Source of the DNA: Eledone cirrhosa
Lineage: Eukaryota
NCBI GenBank assembly: GCA_964016885.1
Contig: OZ024743.1
Span: 371,070,001-371,134,000 of the forward strand
DNA length: 64,000 nucleotides
Direction of reading: 5' to 3'
Part shown: positions 44,919-57,037 of the stretch, piece by piece
Layout: every line of letters begins with the position of its first letter
How positions within the stretch are numbered: the first letter of the stretch is position 1
Translations under genes and position numbers: made by a program
Notes under the pieces: model-generated
Told to the model about the DNA's origin: nothing
The model's input: only the letters and a program-made list of their open reading frames with translations
Databases searched by the model: none

Positions 44919-47210
44919 GGTCGAAAAGACCATAAAACGGGCAGTGACCCTGTCACAGGACCACCAACACGGCCAGTCTGTGGAGCTAACATTGCTAGTA
45001 ACTACAGACTGTCCTACTTCCTCTCCCTGATCATACGCCCCATCATTGAAATGTCCCCAGATGTATGTGACAGCACGGAGGACCTCCTCAGCAGAATCGG
45101 CGAGAGTAACCGATCTAGGGACCTAACAAACTGCATAATAGGTAGTATGGACGTTGTGTCCCTGTATCCATCTATTGACGTGGATTTTGCTGTGGAGAAA
45201 TGCGTAGAAATGATCAGTGAGAGCAATGTTGAGTTCCGTGGGATCGATACCATTGAGCTGGGACTCCTACTTAAACTTACCTATAGTAATAATTACCTAG
45301 ACACATATGACCTTAGCAACCTGTGCCCTACAAGACCAGCAAGAGGCAGACCACCTACCATTACCTCAATATCCAAGAAAACCCACACAGATAGATGGAA
45401 CGGGTGGACCAGAGCCATACGGACACCCGAAAACCACGATGAACTCAAAAAAATGATTACACATGCGGTAGGGGCCAGCATAAAACTAACCCTTAAGGAA
45501 CATATGTTCAAATTTAATGGAAAAGCATATGCCCAAGAGGAAGGAGCAGCCATTGGTGTTAGCATTGCAGGTGACATGGCTAACTTCTTCATGGTATGGT
45601 GGGACAGTAGACTTAAACTTAAACTTAAAGAACAATTAGAAGACCCCTTAACCCTGATAATGTACTCCCGCTACGTTGATGATATAAACATCGTAGTTAA
45701 GACACCCCCACGAGAGAACAGTCAGGAACTAGAGAAATACACAATGGAAAGCATCCAGCAAATAGCTAACTCCATCCACCAGAGTATTAGAGTTTCTATA
45801 GACTACCCAAGCAAACACCTCAACCATCGATTACCTGTACTAGACACAGAGCTCTGGTTAGATACCATTAATAACAAAAAACAAATCCTCCATTCCCATT
45901 ATGCCAATCACATGTCTTCCAAACATCTGATCCACCAAAACTCGGCCGTTTCGGACCATACCAAAATCAACATACTGATTGCAGATTTGGTACGGGTGAT
46001 GAGAAACGTGTCCCGCATGTGCAACCCCGAAGAACTAGAGAGACACATACAACACTTCATCCACCGTATGCAGTTCTCTGGCTACAATCAGAGAGATAAA
46101 ATCAGAGTGTATAGAGGAGCCAGAACCAAATGGGAAAAAATGGTAAATAATGACATAAATGGGACCTGCCCCTTGTATAGGAGCAAATTTTGGAATAGAA
46201 TAGAAAGAACTAGGAACAAGGCTAATAGAATAAACTCATGGTATGATAGCAATAAATACCAGAGTGTAATGTTAATCGATACAACCCCTAGAGGTGAATT
46301 AGCTTAAAAATTTAGAAGGGCCCTAGATAAACATAAACTCAATATTAAGATAGTAGAAAGACCAAGTACCTCCGTAAAAACACTTATTAGCAAGACATAC
46401 CCTTTTCAAAGACCCTCATGTATAGATAAGAAATGTATAACCTGTAAAATAAGCCCCCATATTAACTATAAAACTAGAAATGTAGTGTATAGCATAAGAT
46501 GTACTGAAGGACAATGTAGAGACAAAAATATAGTGTACATAGGTGAGACAGCTCGTAGCGTAGGGGAACGGATAAATGAACACTGGCGAGACCTTCAAGA
46601 TAGTAAAGAATCATCTGTACTCTACCAACATGAAAAATAGAATACAAGGGTAAATTAGAAAACATAGAAATAAAAATAGAATCTACACACAGAAAAGACG
46701 CAATGTTTAGACAAATCACAGAGGCAATAAACATAAAAGAATTACAACCAAAATTAAATAGAAAATATGAGTGGAACAGCAACATCACAACTTACAATTA
46801 AGGACAAAATGAAAACACACACACACATAGAACAAACAACCAACCAGTAACATGTAAATAAACAAATAAATAAATGAACATAAACACACACAGACACCCG
46901 GATGTGGCGCATGCGCAAACTGAGCACGCAACACACACACAGAAATAAAATGGCGTAGGACAGAACAAAGGAGAGGCACAAAGAAAAGAATCCCGTGAAT
47001 GTGTGACGAAAGAGCTTTGACAATATATAAACAACTATCTGGTTGTGGAACCAACCAACCAGAAATTTATAAATTTATTATAATAAATTGAAATGAAAGC
47101 AACTGGTGCGTGTGTTTCTTATTGGCAACATGACCCTCCCAAAGTATAACAATATCGGTTTCAACACACGATTTCAGATAAAGAATCTTGCTAAACAAAT
47201 TCAGAAACGA
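44919..47210 (+). mobile_element. Penelope-like element, 5'-truncated (RT + GIY-YIG with premature stops)
   Basis: [42 protein letters not shown]; after the stop at 46305: VVYSIRC..VYIGETARSVGERINEH..RQITEAINI..LNRKYEW. Confidence 0.92.
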
Positions 47211-47228
47211 AATATGTATATATATATG

Positions 47229-47276
<48 letters not shown>

Positions 47277-47277
<1 letters not shown>

Positions 47278-47448
47278 CATCATCATCATCATCATTTAAC
47301 GTCCGTGTTCCACGCTTGCATGGGTTTGGACGGGGGTATTCCCACTTGAGGCAAGAGTGATTGTCTTGCTTACATAGGACTGTCTGGCAGGTTTTCTACA
47401 GTTGGATGCCCTTCCTAACACCAACCACATTTACAGTGTGGGACTGGG
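47277..47448 (-). mobile_element. RTE-B 3' tail fragment
   Basis: (CAT)n plus UTR matching 57038-57215. Confidence 0.85.
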
Positions 47449-47449
47449 A

Positions 47450-47486
47450 TATATATGTATATATATTATATATATATATAAATATG

Positions 47487-47521
<35 letters not shown>

Positions 47522-47558
47522 GTATATGTATATTTATATATATATATGTATATGTATG

Positions 47559-47603
<45 letters not shown>

Positions 47604-48431
47604 TTATATATATATATGTATATATATATTTATATATGTATATGTATATATATATTTATATATGTATATGTATATATATATTTATATATGTATATGTATA
47701 TATATATTTATATATATATATGTATATATATATTTATATATGTATATATATATATTTATATATATCTATGTATATATATATTTATATATATATATGTATA
47801 TATATATTTATATATGTATATGTATATATATATTTATATATATATATGTATATATATATTTATATATGTATATATATATTTATATATATATATGTATATA
47901 TATATTTATATATATATATGTATATATATATATTTATATATATATATGTATATATATATTTATATATATATATTTATATATATATATGTATATATATATT
48001 TATATATATATATGTATATATATATTTATATATATATATGTATATATATATTTATATATATATATGTATATATATATTTATATATGTATATATATATTTA
48101 TATATATATATATGTATATATATATTTATATATATATATGTATATATATATTTATATATATATATGTATATATATATGTATATATATATTTATATATATA
48201 TATGTATATATATATTTATATATATATATGTATATATATATTTATATATATATATATGTATATATATATTTATATATATATATGTATATATATATTTATA
48301 TATATATATGTATATATATATTTATATATATATATTTGTATATATATATTTATATATATGTATATATATGTATATATATATATATGTATATATATGTATA
48401 TATATATATGTGTATATATATATATGTATAT
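47450..48431. repeat. (TA)n array with recurrent TATTTA variant
   Basis: Directly visible. Confidence 0.95.
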
Positions 48432-51400
48432 ATAACTTTGAATAACTTTGAATAACTTTGAAATGTTTTGGCCAGTATTGGCCCAGGCCATGTCTAACTT
48501 AATAGCACCACCTGGCGAAGTCTTTCAATTCAGGATTTGGGCACCATGGCCCATTCGAGAAGAGAATTACTGTTTGCGGAGACATATCCGGGTGTGGGTG
48601 GTTTGTCCGGGATTACTTGGAGGAATTTGTCCAAAGACTTCTTGAATTTTGTGTGGTCAGTTTCTGTTTTGACGTGTCCTGGTGTGATGTTGAAGAGAGC
48701 AGGGCCGATTGAGGTGAAATAATTGTGCCGTATTGTTGTTGTGAGTTGCGATTTAGATTTTTGAATGGGACGGATAGCACGGGGCCCAAGCCTTGTGTGT
48801 ATCTTGAAGGCGATGCCAACATCATTTGGGCAGTGATGATGGAACATTTTCCACATCATGCAGATAATATAACGCTCACGGCGACGTTGGAGTGAGTAAA
48901 GTTTCAGGTTTTCCAATCGACCCCAGTAGTCAAGGTCTGACATGCCATCTATCTTTTTCGTGATTGCCCTTTGAGGAGCTTCAAGTTTCATGATACTTTG
49001 TTTCGTGTGGGGAGACCACAGTGGACAACAGTATTCAAGGTGTGGTCGGGCGAAAGTAGAGAAGAGAAGGATAATGGTGCGGGAATCTCTCGACTGGAAG
49101 GTTCTGAGGATCCAGGAACACATTCTGCGGGCCATGTCAACTTTGCTGCTTATATGCGTGGTCCAGCTTATGTTGCTGTCCACGGTTACTCCCAAGTCTC
49201 TGATGTTGTTAGATGCCACGAGAGTTTCCCCGGAGGGAAGGGAGTACGGGAGTTTCAGAGCATCCTCTTTTCCAAAGTGGATCAGTTCGAATTTGTCTTC
49301 GTTCAGTAACATGTTGTTCTTTTCTGCCCATTGGGTAACAGCCAGTAGGTCTGACTGAAGGCTTATCCGGTCATCCACGCCATTGATGACCTTTTGGAGC
49401 TTGGAATCATCAGCGAAAATTTTAATGTTGCTGTGTTTGATGATGTCAGTGATGTCATTAATATAGATGATGAAGAGAAGTGGGCCCAACACAGTGCCTT
49501 GTGGGACTCCACTACTGACTTTGGCTGGGCTTGATTTGACTCCCTCAACTACAACATGTTGGGTTCTGTTTGACAGGAAGCTCTTGATCCATTGCAGCAG
49601 CTTTCCAGTGACACCAATATTGGACAGCTTTCTCAGTAGAATGTTATGATCAACCCTGTCAAAGGCCTTGCTGAAATCAAGGTAGATAACATCAGTGTTG
49701 GAACCCTCTCCCAAGGCTCTCAAAATGTCATCAAAGTGATGCAGTAGTTGCGTCAGGCAATCCCTTCCATTACGGAATCCATGCTGGTTGGAGTTCAGCA
49801 TATTGTTACTCTCAAGGAAGTGGGTCATTCGCGATCTCACCACTCGCTCAAATACCTTAATGATATGAGAGGTGAGTGAGATTGGACGGTAATTCACGGC
49901 AAGGGATTTGTTTCCCTTTTTGAAAACTGGGACAACAGACTGGGATAGAAGGTTTTCTGGCACATATCCAGCATCCAGTGAGTTCCGCCACAGATTGGCA
50001 AGAGGAGAAGCAAGTTGGTGTTGACACGCCTTCAAGACACAAGCAGGGAACCTATCGGGACCTACTGCTGAATTATGCTTGATTTCCTTTATTGCCGCCA
50101 AGACATCAGGGGCGCCAAACGTTATGTCCGATAAGGTGTAATGGGGAGTAACATCGCCGATACAGCCCAGATCGGCCATATCAGGATTGCTGAAAACAGA
50201 GCAGTATTGTTTCTGCAGTATCTCACCCATGGTTTTAGCATTGTCTTGAAGAGTGCCATTTTCATCAATTAGAGGGCCAACAGTAGAGCCAGTGATTTTG
50301 TGTTTTTTTGCAAATGAAAAGAACACTTTGGGATTGAGTTTGATCTTCTCAATGGCCCAGGCCTCTTCAGCTCTTCTCTGATTGTTGATGAGGGACATTA
50401 TGTTGTTTTGGAGGTTATGTTTTTTAATCTCTAGTGATGAAATGGCAGTCAAGTTGATGTGTTGCTGCTGACAGTATTTCAGCTTGTTGATTTTTTTGTT
50501 CGTTCTCTTAATTTTTCTGATGAGTGTTTTTCTATTTCTAGGGATTCTGCTCTTAGATTTGTTTATAGTTCTTAATGGGGTGTGTTTAGCACATATGTTT
50601 GTAACAGTGTCCACAAATGTCTGCCAGGACTTTTTGATGTTAGTGGGTGTATGAGTGTGCGTGAAGGACCAGTCGACATGTGCAAGATCATGACTGATCG
50701 CTTCCCAGTTTGCATTGTGGAAATCCATAGCGTCAAACGGATGGACAGGAGAAATGACATTGGGTTTGTATATTGGACGGTGGAATCTCAGATCACAGAG
50801 AACCATGTCATGATCAGAGAGTAGAGTTTTCTCCACTGCAATATTGTGGATATTGTCAGTGTGATTGCTGAAAATTAAGTCTAGGACGTTTTTGTGGCAC
50901 CTCGTTGGTTCGAGAACTAGTTGGGATAGGAAGAAATCATCCATGAAGTCAAGAAGCGATTCCACAGCTTCCCTGTCAGAGGTTGAGGCAGAAGAACCTG
51001 GTGGCAGGGTGTTTGTGGACCAGTCAACTCCGGGGAGGTTGAAGTCCCCCATCATTAAGATGTTGTCAGGGTGACACTCTTGGATGAAACACTTTATGCT
51101 GTTGAGGCATTCCTTGAAGCATGGTACAGGCGTTTGGAGTGGCCTATAGAGCCCAACTACTAATAGGTTGTTGGTTTGACTGAATACAGTGACTGCCTCA
51201 CAGTATCCATTAGTGAATATGTTCATAGCCTCTGTTGAGAAAGAATTATGGACATAAATGGCAGTTCCGCCCTTTCTTCTGCCAGCGCGATCAGCACGGA
51301 TGGCTTTGAAATTTTTCACTTTCACCTCGGCTTCCAAGTGGAGGTTACTGAGATGGGTTTCAGTGAGGACGAAGAAAGGGATGTGGTTTGGATGGACATC

Positions 51401-51615
51401 AATCCAGTCCTCCAGGAATTTGATCTTCCATTTTTGAGTATTGGTGGAAGGGCTGATGCCTTGGGCGTTAAGCAAAAATGTAGAGGCGAGAGTGGATGGT
51501 TTTAATTGTTTTGGTGTGTTGTTAATTTGTTTGTTTGTTAATGGCAGCAATGGGAGTTTGTGCAGTGGGGTGATAGTGGAGGGTGGTGCTGGGTGATAGC
51601 TCGAATGTTTATAGG
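48432..51615 (-). mobile_element. CR1-group LINE copy 2, with complete ORF2, truncated just upstream
   Basis: Longest copy; three CAAAGTTATT tail repeats. Confidence 0.93.
48530..51510 (-). CDS. CR1-group ORF2: AP endonuclease + reverse transcriptase, ~1000 aa uninterrupted (start codon uncertain)
   Basis: LLNAQG, LTETHL, GLYRP, MGDFNLP, LDLIF, SDH; RT motifs FADD; no stop or frameshift within ORF 48530-52561. Confidence 0.88.
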
Positions 51616-51649
51616 TATATATATGTATATATGTATATATATATATGTG

Positions 51650-51699
<50 letters not shown>

Positions 51700-51769
51700 T
51701 ATGTGTATATATATATATGTGTATATATATATATATGTGTATATATATATATGTGTATATATATATGTG

Positions 51770-51800
<31 letters not shown>

Positions 51801-51807
51801 GTATATA

Positions 51808-51838
<31 letters not shown>

Positions 51839-51919
51839 GTGTATATATATATGTGTATATATATATGTGTATATATATATGTGTATATATATATGTGTAT
51901 ATATGTATATATATATGTG

Positions 51920-51951
<32 letters not shown>

Positions 51952-51969
51952 TGTATATATATGTATATG

Positions 51970-52018
<49 letters not shown>

Positions 52019-52083
52019 GTATATATATGTATATATATATGTATATATATATATATATGTATATATATATGTATATATATATG

Positions 52084-52142
<59 letters not shown>

Positions 52143-52297
52143 GTATATATATATGTATATATATATATGTATATATATATGTATATATATATGTATATAT
52201 ATATATATGTATATATATATGTATATATATATATATGTATATATATATGTATATATATATGTATATATATATGTATATATATATGTATATATATATG

Positions 52298-52328
<31 letters not shown>

Positions 52329-52532
52329 GTATATATATATGTATATATATATATATGTATATATATATGTATATATATATGTATATATATATATGTATAT
52401 ATATATATGTATATATATATGTATATATATATATGTATATATATATGTATATATATATGTATATATATATGTATATATATATATATGTGTATATATATAT
52501 ATATGTATATATATATGTATATATATATATAT
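51616..52532. repeat. Degenerate (TA)n array with TGTG variants
   Basis: Directly visible. Confidence 0.95.
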
Positions 52533-52970
52533 CCTGCAGGACTAAAAACAAAACCTGTCAAAGGGCAAAGGAGCTCTTAAGAGTCAATGGCCATCCAAAA
52601 TCACCGGGAGAGATGACCCCTTAGCCTTTGTCAAGGCAGAATTCTAGGAGAAGTAAAACTCTGATATAACACCTGCAACCTTCAAGGTATCCAATGATGT
52701 TGACTTGTTCTTCTTTTTGGTAAATATCATCTTGGTTAAGAGAGTGGGACTGGCTTTGTGCAGTGCCTTTGCTCACTATAAATGTTTCACGGCACAGGCA
52801 TTGCTTTATATCGGGAGATCTCTCTGCACTTGTCGTCACATGGTACCATGGGCCTAGCACTATGTGTCAATAATTGTCACAAGTGTAGTGTTTGTACGAG
52901 TGTTTTCAAGTCGCTGGCTGGACTAAAAAGACACACTCGTTCAGCGCATCGGTAGGGGTTCTCCTACATG
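52533..52970 (+). mobile_element. Bipartite RTE derivative copy 2, cut by the gap; mini-ORF at 52848-52955
   Basis: Highly similar to 42106-42514; [35 protein letters not shown]. Confidence 0.75.
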
Positions 52971-53170
52971 NNNNNNNNNNNNNNNNNNNNNNNNNNNNNN
53001 NNNNNNNNNNNNNNNNNNNNNNNNNNNNNNNNNNNNNNNNNNNNNNNNNNNNNNNNNNNNNNNNNNNNNNNNNNNNNNNNNNNNNNNNNNNNNNNNNNNN
53101 NNNNNNNNNNNNNNNNNNNNNNNNNNNNNNNNNNNNNNNNNNNNNNNNNNNNNNNNNNNNNNNNNNNNNN
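52971..53170. other. Assembly gap (200 N)
   Basis: Run of n. Confidence 1.
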
Positions 53171-54710
53171 CTTGGCATTTGTCGACCTTGAGAAAGCCTT
53201 TGACAGAGTTCCACGTGCAGTAATCTGGTGGGCTCTTAGAAAACTAGGAGTAGATGAATGGCTTGTGAAAGCGGTACAAGCCATGTATAGGGGAGCAGTC
53301 AGCAAAGTTAGGATTGGCAATGAGTATAGCGAGGAATTTAGCGTACAGGTTGGGGTCCACCAGGGCTCTGTTCTTAGCCCTCTCCTGTTCATCATAGTCC
53401 TGCAGGCAATAACGGAGGAGTTTAAGACCGGATGCCCATGGGAACTCCTGTATGCTGATGACCTCGCACTCATAGCTGAATCTATGGTAGAACTAGAGAA
53501 TAAATTCCAAACCTGGAAGCAGGGACTAGAGAGAAAGGGCCTCAAAGTCAACATGACAAAGACTAAGGTCCTTATAAGTAGACGAGAAAACAGAACCCAG
53601 ATCCCCTCAGGGAAATGGCCTTGCTCAGTATGTAGGAAAGGTGTAGGTAGGAACTCCATTCTTTGCCCCAAATGCAAACAATGGGTACACAAGAGATGTA
53701 GCGGGATCTCAGGAAGCTTAATTAAGAATGTAGGATTCACATGCAGCAGCTGTGCTGAAACAGCAAGCAAACAGCCACAGGAAACAAGTACCACCAATCT
53801 CTGGGAGGGCCCTGTAGAAACAGTAGACAGCTTCTGCTACCTAGGTGACCGAATTAGCAACGGAGGTGGGTGCTCAGAAAGTACAATAACTAGGGTAAGA
53901 ACGGGATGGAAGAAGTTTAGGGAACTACTACCACTGCTAGCTGCAAAAGGCTTCTCCCTCAGAATGAAAGGCAGACTGTATGATGCGTGTATCCGAACAG
54001 CGATGTTGCATGGTAGTGAGACCTGGGCGCTGAAGGTGGAAGACTTACGTAGATTAGAGAGAAACGAAGCCTGCATGCTCCGATGGATGTAATATACGTG
54101 AACGACAAAGCATAAATGAATTGAGAGAGAGACTGAGCATAAGAGGAATCAAATGCTGCGTGCAGGAGAGGCGGTTACGCTGGTATGGACATGTGATGCG
54201 TATGAAGGATGACAGCTGCATAAAAAGGTGCAGAGCACTAGAAGTTGATGGAAACCGCGGAGTGGGGAGACCCAAGATGACTTGGGATGAGGTGATAAAA
54301 GCCGACCTTACCCAACTACACCTCTCAAAGTCATTGACACACGACCGTGACTTCTGGCGTCACGCAGTAATACAGGGTACCCGACCTCCCATGGGTACAT
54401 GCTGAAGCATATAAACAATATGCCCCCCCCCCCCCCCCACCGCAAGGTGGTCGTGGAGGTGCCACGGCAAAAAAGCACCCAGCCCACACTGTAAAGTGGA
54501 CGTGTAGGCGCCACGAAAAAGCACCCAGCACTCACTGTAAATGAGGTTGGTGTTAGGAAGGGCATCCAGCTGTAGAAATCAAGCCAGATCAGTTCCTGTA
54601 TGAGCAAGACATGGTCAGCCGACCAGACACTGCCCACAACAGGACAACCCGTCTAACCCATGCTAGCGTGGAAGAACGGACGTAAAACGGTGATGATGAT
54701 GATGATGATG
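53171..54710 (+). mobile_element. RTE-C LINE (RT half, PHD-like finger, small frameshifting deletion near 54090, 3' UTR, (GAT)n)
   Basis: [25 protein letters not shown]; ORF 54121-54405. Confidence 0.92.
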
Positions 54711-54747
54711 AGATATGTATATATATATGTATATGTATATATATATG

Positions 54748-54782
<35 letters not shown>

Positions 54783-54809
54783 GTATGTATATATATATGT
54801 ATATATATG

Positions 54810-54877
<68 letters not shown>

Positions 54878-54931
54878 TATATATGTATGTATATATATAT
54901 ATATATGTATGTAAATATGTATGTATATATG

Positions 54932-54965
<34 letters not shown>

Positions 54966-55010
54966 TATATGTATATACATATATATATATACATATATAT
55001 ATATATACAC

Positions 55011-55041
<31 letters not shown>

Positions 55042-55042
55042 C

Positions 55043-55082
<40 letters not shown>

Positions 55083-55084
<2 letters not shown>

Positions 55085-55417
55085 CATCATTTCATTTTAC
55101 GTCCACTTTTCCCTGCTTGCAAGGGTGGGACGGGAACTGATTCTGGCTTGATTTCTACAGCTGGATGCCCTTCCTAACACCAACCTCATTTACAGTGAGT
55201 GCTGGGTGCTTTTTTGCCGTGGCACCTCCACGACCACTTTGCAGTGGAATGATAGGGACCCCAGTCCCTATCATCTCATTTCTACAGCTGAGTAAACTGG
55301 AGCAATGTGAAATAAAGTGCCTTGCTCAAGGAAACAACACATCACCCGGTCTGAGAATTGAACTCACAACCTTTCGATTGCAAGGCCAATGCTCTAACCA
55401 CTAAGCCATGTGCCTCC
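55083..55417 (-). mobile_element. tRNA/RTE SINE, copy 3
   Basis: Near-identical to 9759-10100. Confidence 0.9.
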
Positions 55418-55441
55418 ATATATACACATATATATATATAC

Positions 55442-55488
<47 letters not shown>

Positions 55489-55500
55489 CATATATATATA

Positions 55501-55705
55501 CATCATCATCATCATCATCATCAACGTTTAACGTCCGTGTTCCACGCTTGCATGGGTTTGGACGGGGGTAGTCCCACTTGAGGCAAGAGTGATTGTCTTG
55601 CTCGCATAGGACTGTCTGGCAGGTTTTCTACAGTTGGATGCCCTTCCTAACACCAACCACATTTACAGTGTGGGTCTGGGAGGTTTTTACCGTGTTGCCT
55701 ACACG

Positions 55706-55706
<1 letters not shown>
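55501..55706 (-). mobile_element. RTE-B 3' tail fragment
   Basis: Matches 57038-57241. Confidence 0.88.
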
Positions 55707-55737
<31 letters not shown>

Positions 55738-55744
55738 TATATAC

Positions 55745-55936
<192 letters not shown>

Positions 55937-55949
55937 CATATATATATAC

Positions 55950-55996
<47 letters not shown>

Positions 55997-56035
55997 CATA
56001 TATATATATACATATATATACATATATATACATAT

Positions 56036-56989
56036 ATAACTTTGAATAACTTTGAAATGTTTTGGCCAGTATTGGCCCAGGCCATGTCTAACTTAATAGC
56101 ACCACCTGGCGAAGTCTTTCAATTCAGGATTTGGGCACCATGGCCCATTCGAGAAGAGAATTACTGTTTGCGGAGACATATCCGGGTGTGGGTGGTTTGT
56201 CCGGGATTACTTGGAGGAATTTGTCCAAAGACTTCTTGAATTTTGTGTGGTCAGTTTCTGTTTTGACGTGTCCTGGTGTGATGTTGAAGAGAGCAGGGCC
56301 GATTGAGGTGAAATAATTGTGCCGTATTGTTGTTATGAGTTGCGATTTAGATTTTTGAATGGGACGGATAGCACGGGGCCCAAGCCTTGGGTGTATCTTG
56401 AAGGCGATGCCAACATCATTTGGGCAGTGATGATGGAACATTTTCCACATCATGCAGATAATATAACGCTCACGGCGACGTTGGAGTGAGTAAAGTTTCA
56501 GGTTTTCCAATCGACCCCAGTAGTCAAGGTCTGACATGCCATCTATCTTTTTCGTGATTGCCCTTTGAGGAGCTTCAAGTTTCATGATACTTTGTTTCGT
56601 GTGGGGAGACCACAGTGGACAACAGTATTCAAGGTGTGGTCGGGCGAAAGTAGAGAAGAGAAGGATAATGGTGCGGGAATCTTTCGACTGGAAGGTTCTG
56701 AGGATCCAGGAACACATTCTGCGGGCCATGTCAACTTTGCTGCTTATATGCGTGGTCCAGCTTATGTTGCTGTCCACGGTTACTCCCAAGTCTCTGATGT
56801 TGTTAGATGCCACGAGAGTTTCCCCGGAGGGAAGGGAGTACGGGAGTTTCAGAGCATCCTCTTTTCCAAAGTGGATCAGTTCGAATTTGTCTTCGTTCAG
56901 TAACATGTTGTTCTTTTCTGCCCATTGGGTAACAGCCAGTAGGTCTGACTGAAGGCTTATCCGGTCATCCACGCCATTGATGACCTTTT
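56036..56989 (-). mobile_element. CR1-group LINE copy 3 (3' ~950 bp)
   Basis: ORF 56124-56972 nearly identical to the other copies. Confidence 0.92.
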
Positions 56990-57037
56990 ATATATACATA
57001 TATATATATCTATATATATATACATATATATATATAT

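Noticed and set aside
46960-47025. Hammerhead at the 3' end of the 44919 PLE (..ggcaca..tgtgacGAAAgagcTT)
   Set aside because: The CUGANGA box is absent (aaggaga) and stem I is weak; at best a decayed relic.
54452-54480. Pistol ribozyme (CGUGG..CCACG stem with pseudoknot)
   Set aside because: Lacks pistol P2/P3, the 6-bp pseudoknot and the conserved GU cleavage context; treated as a generic H-type pseudoknot.
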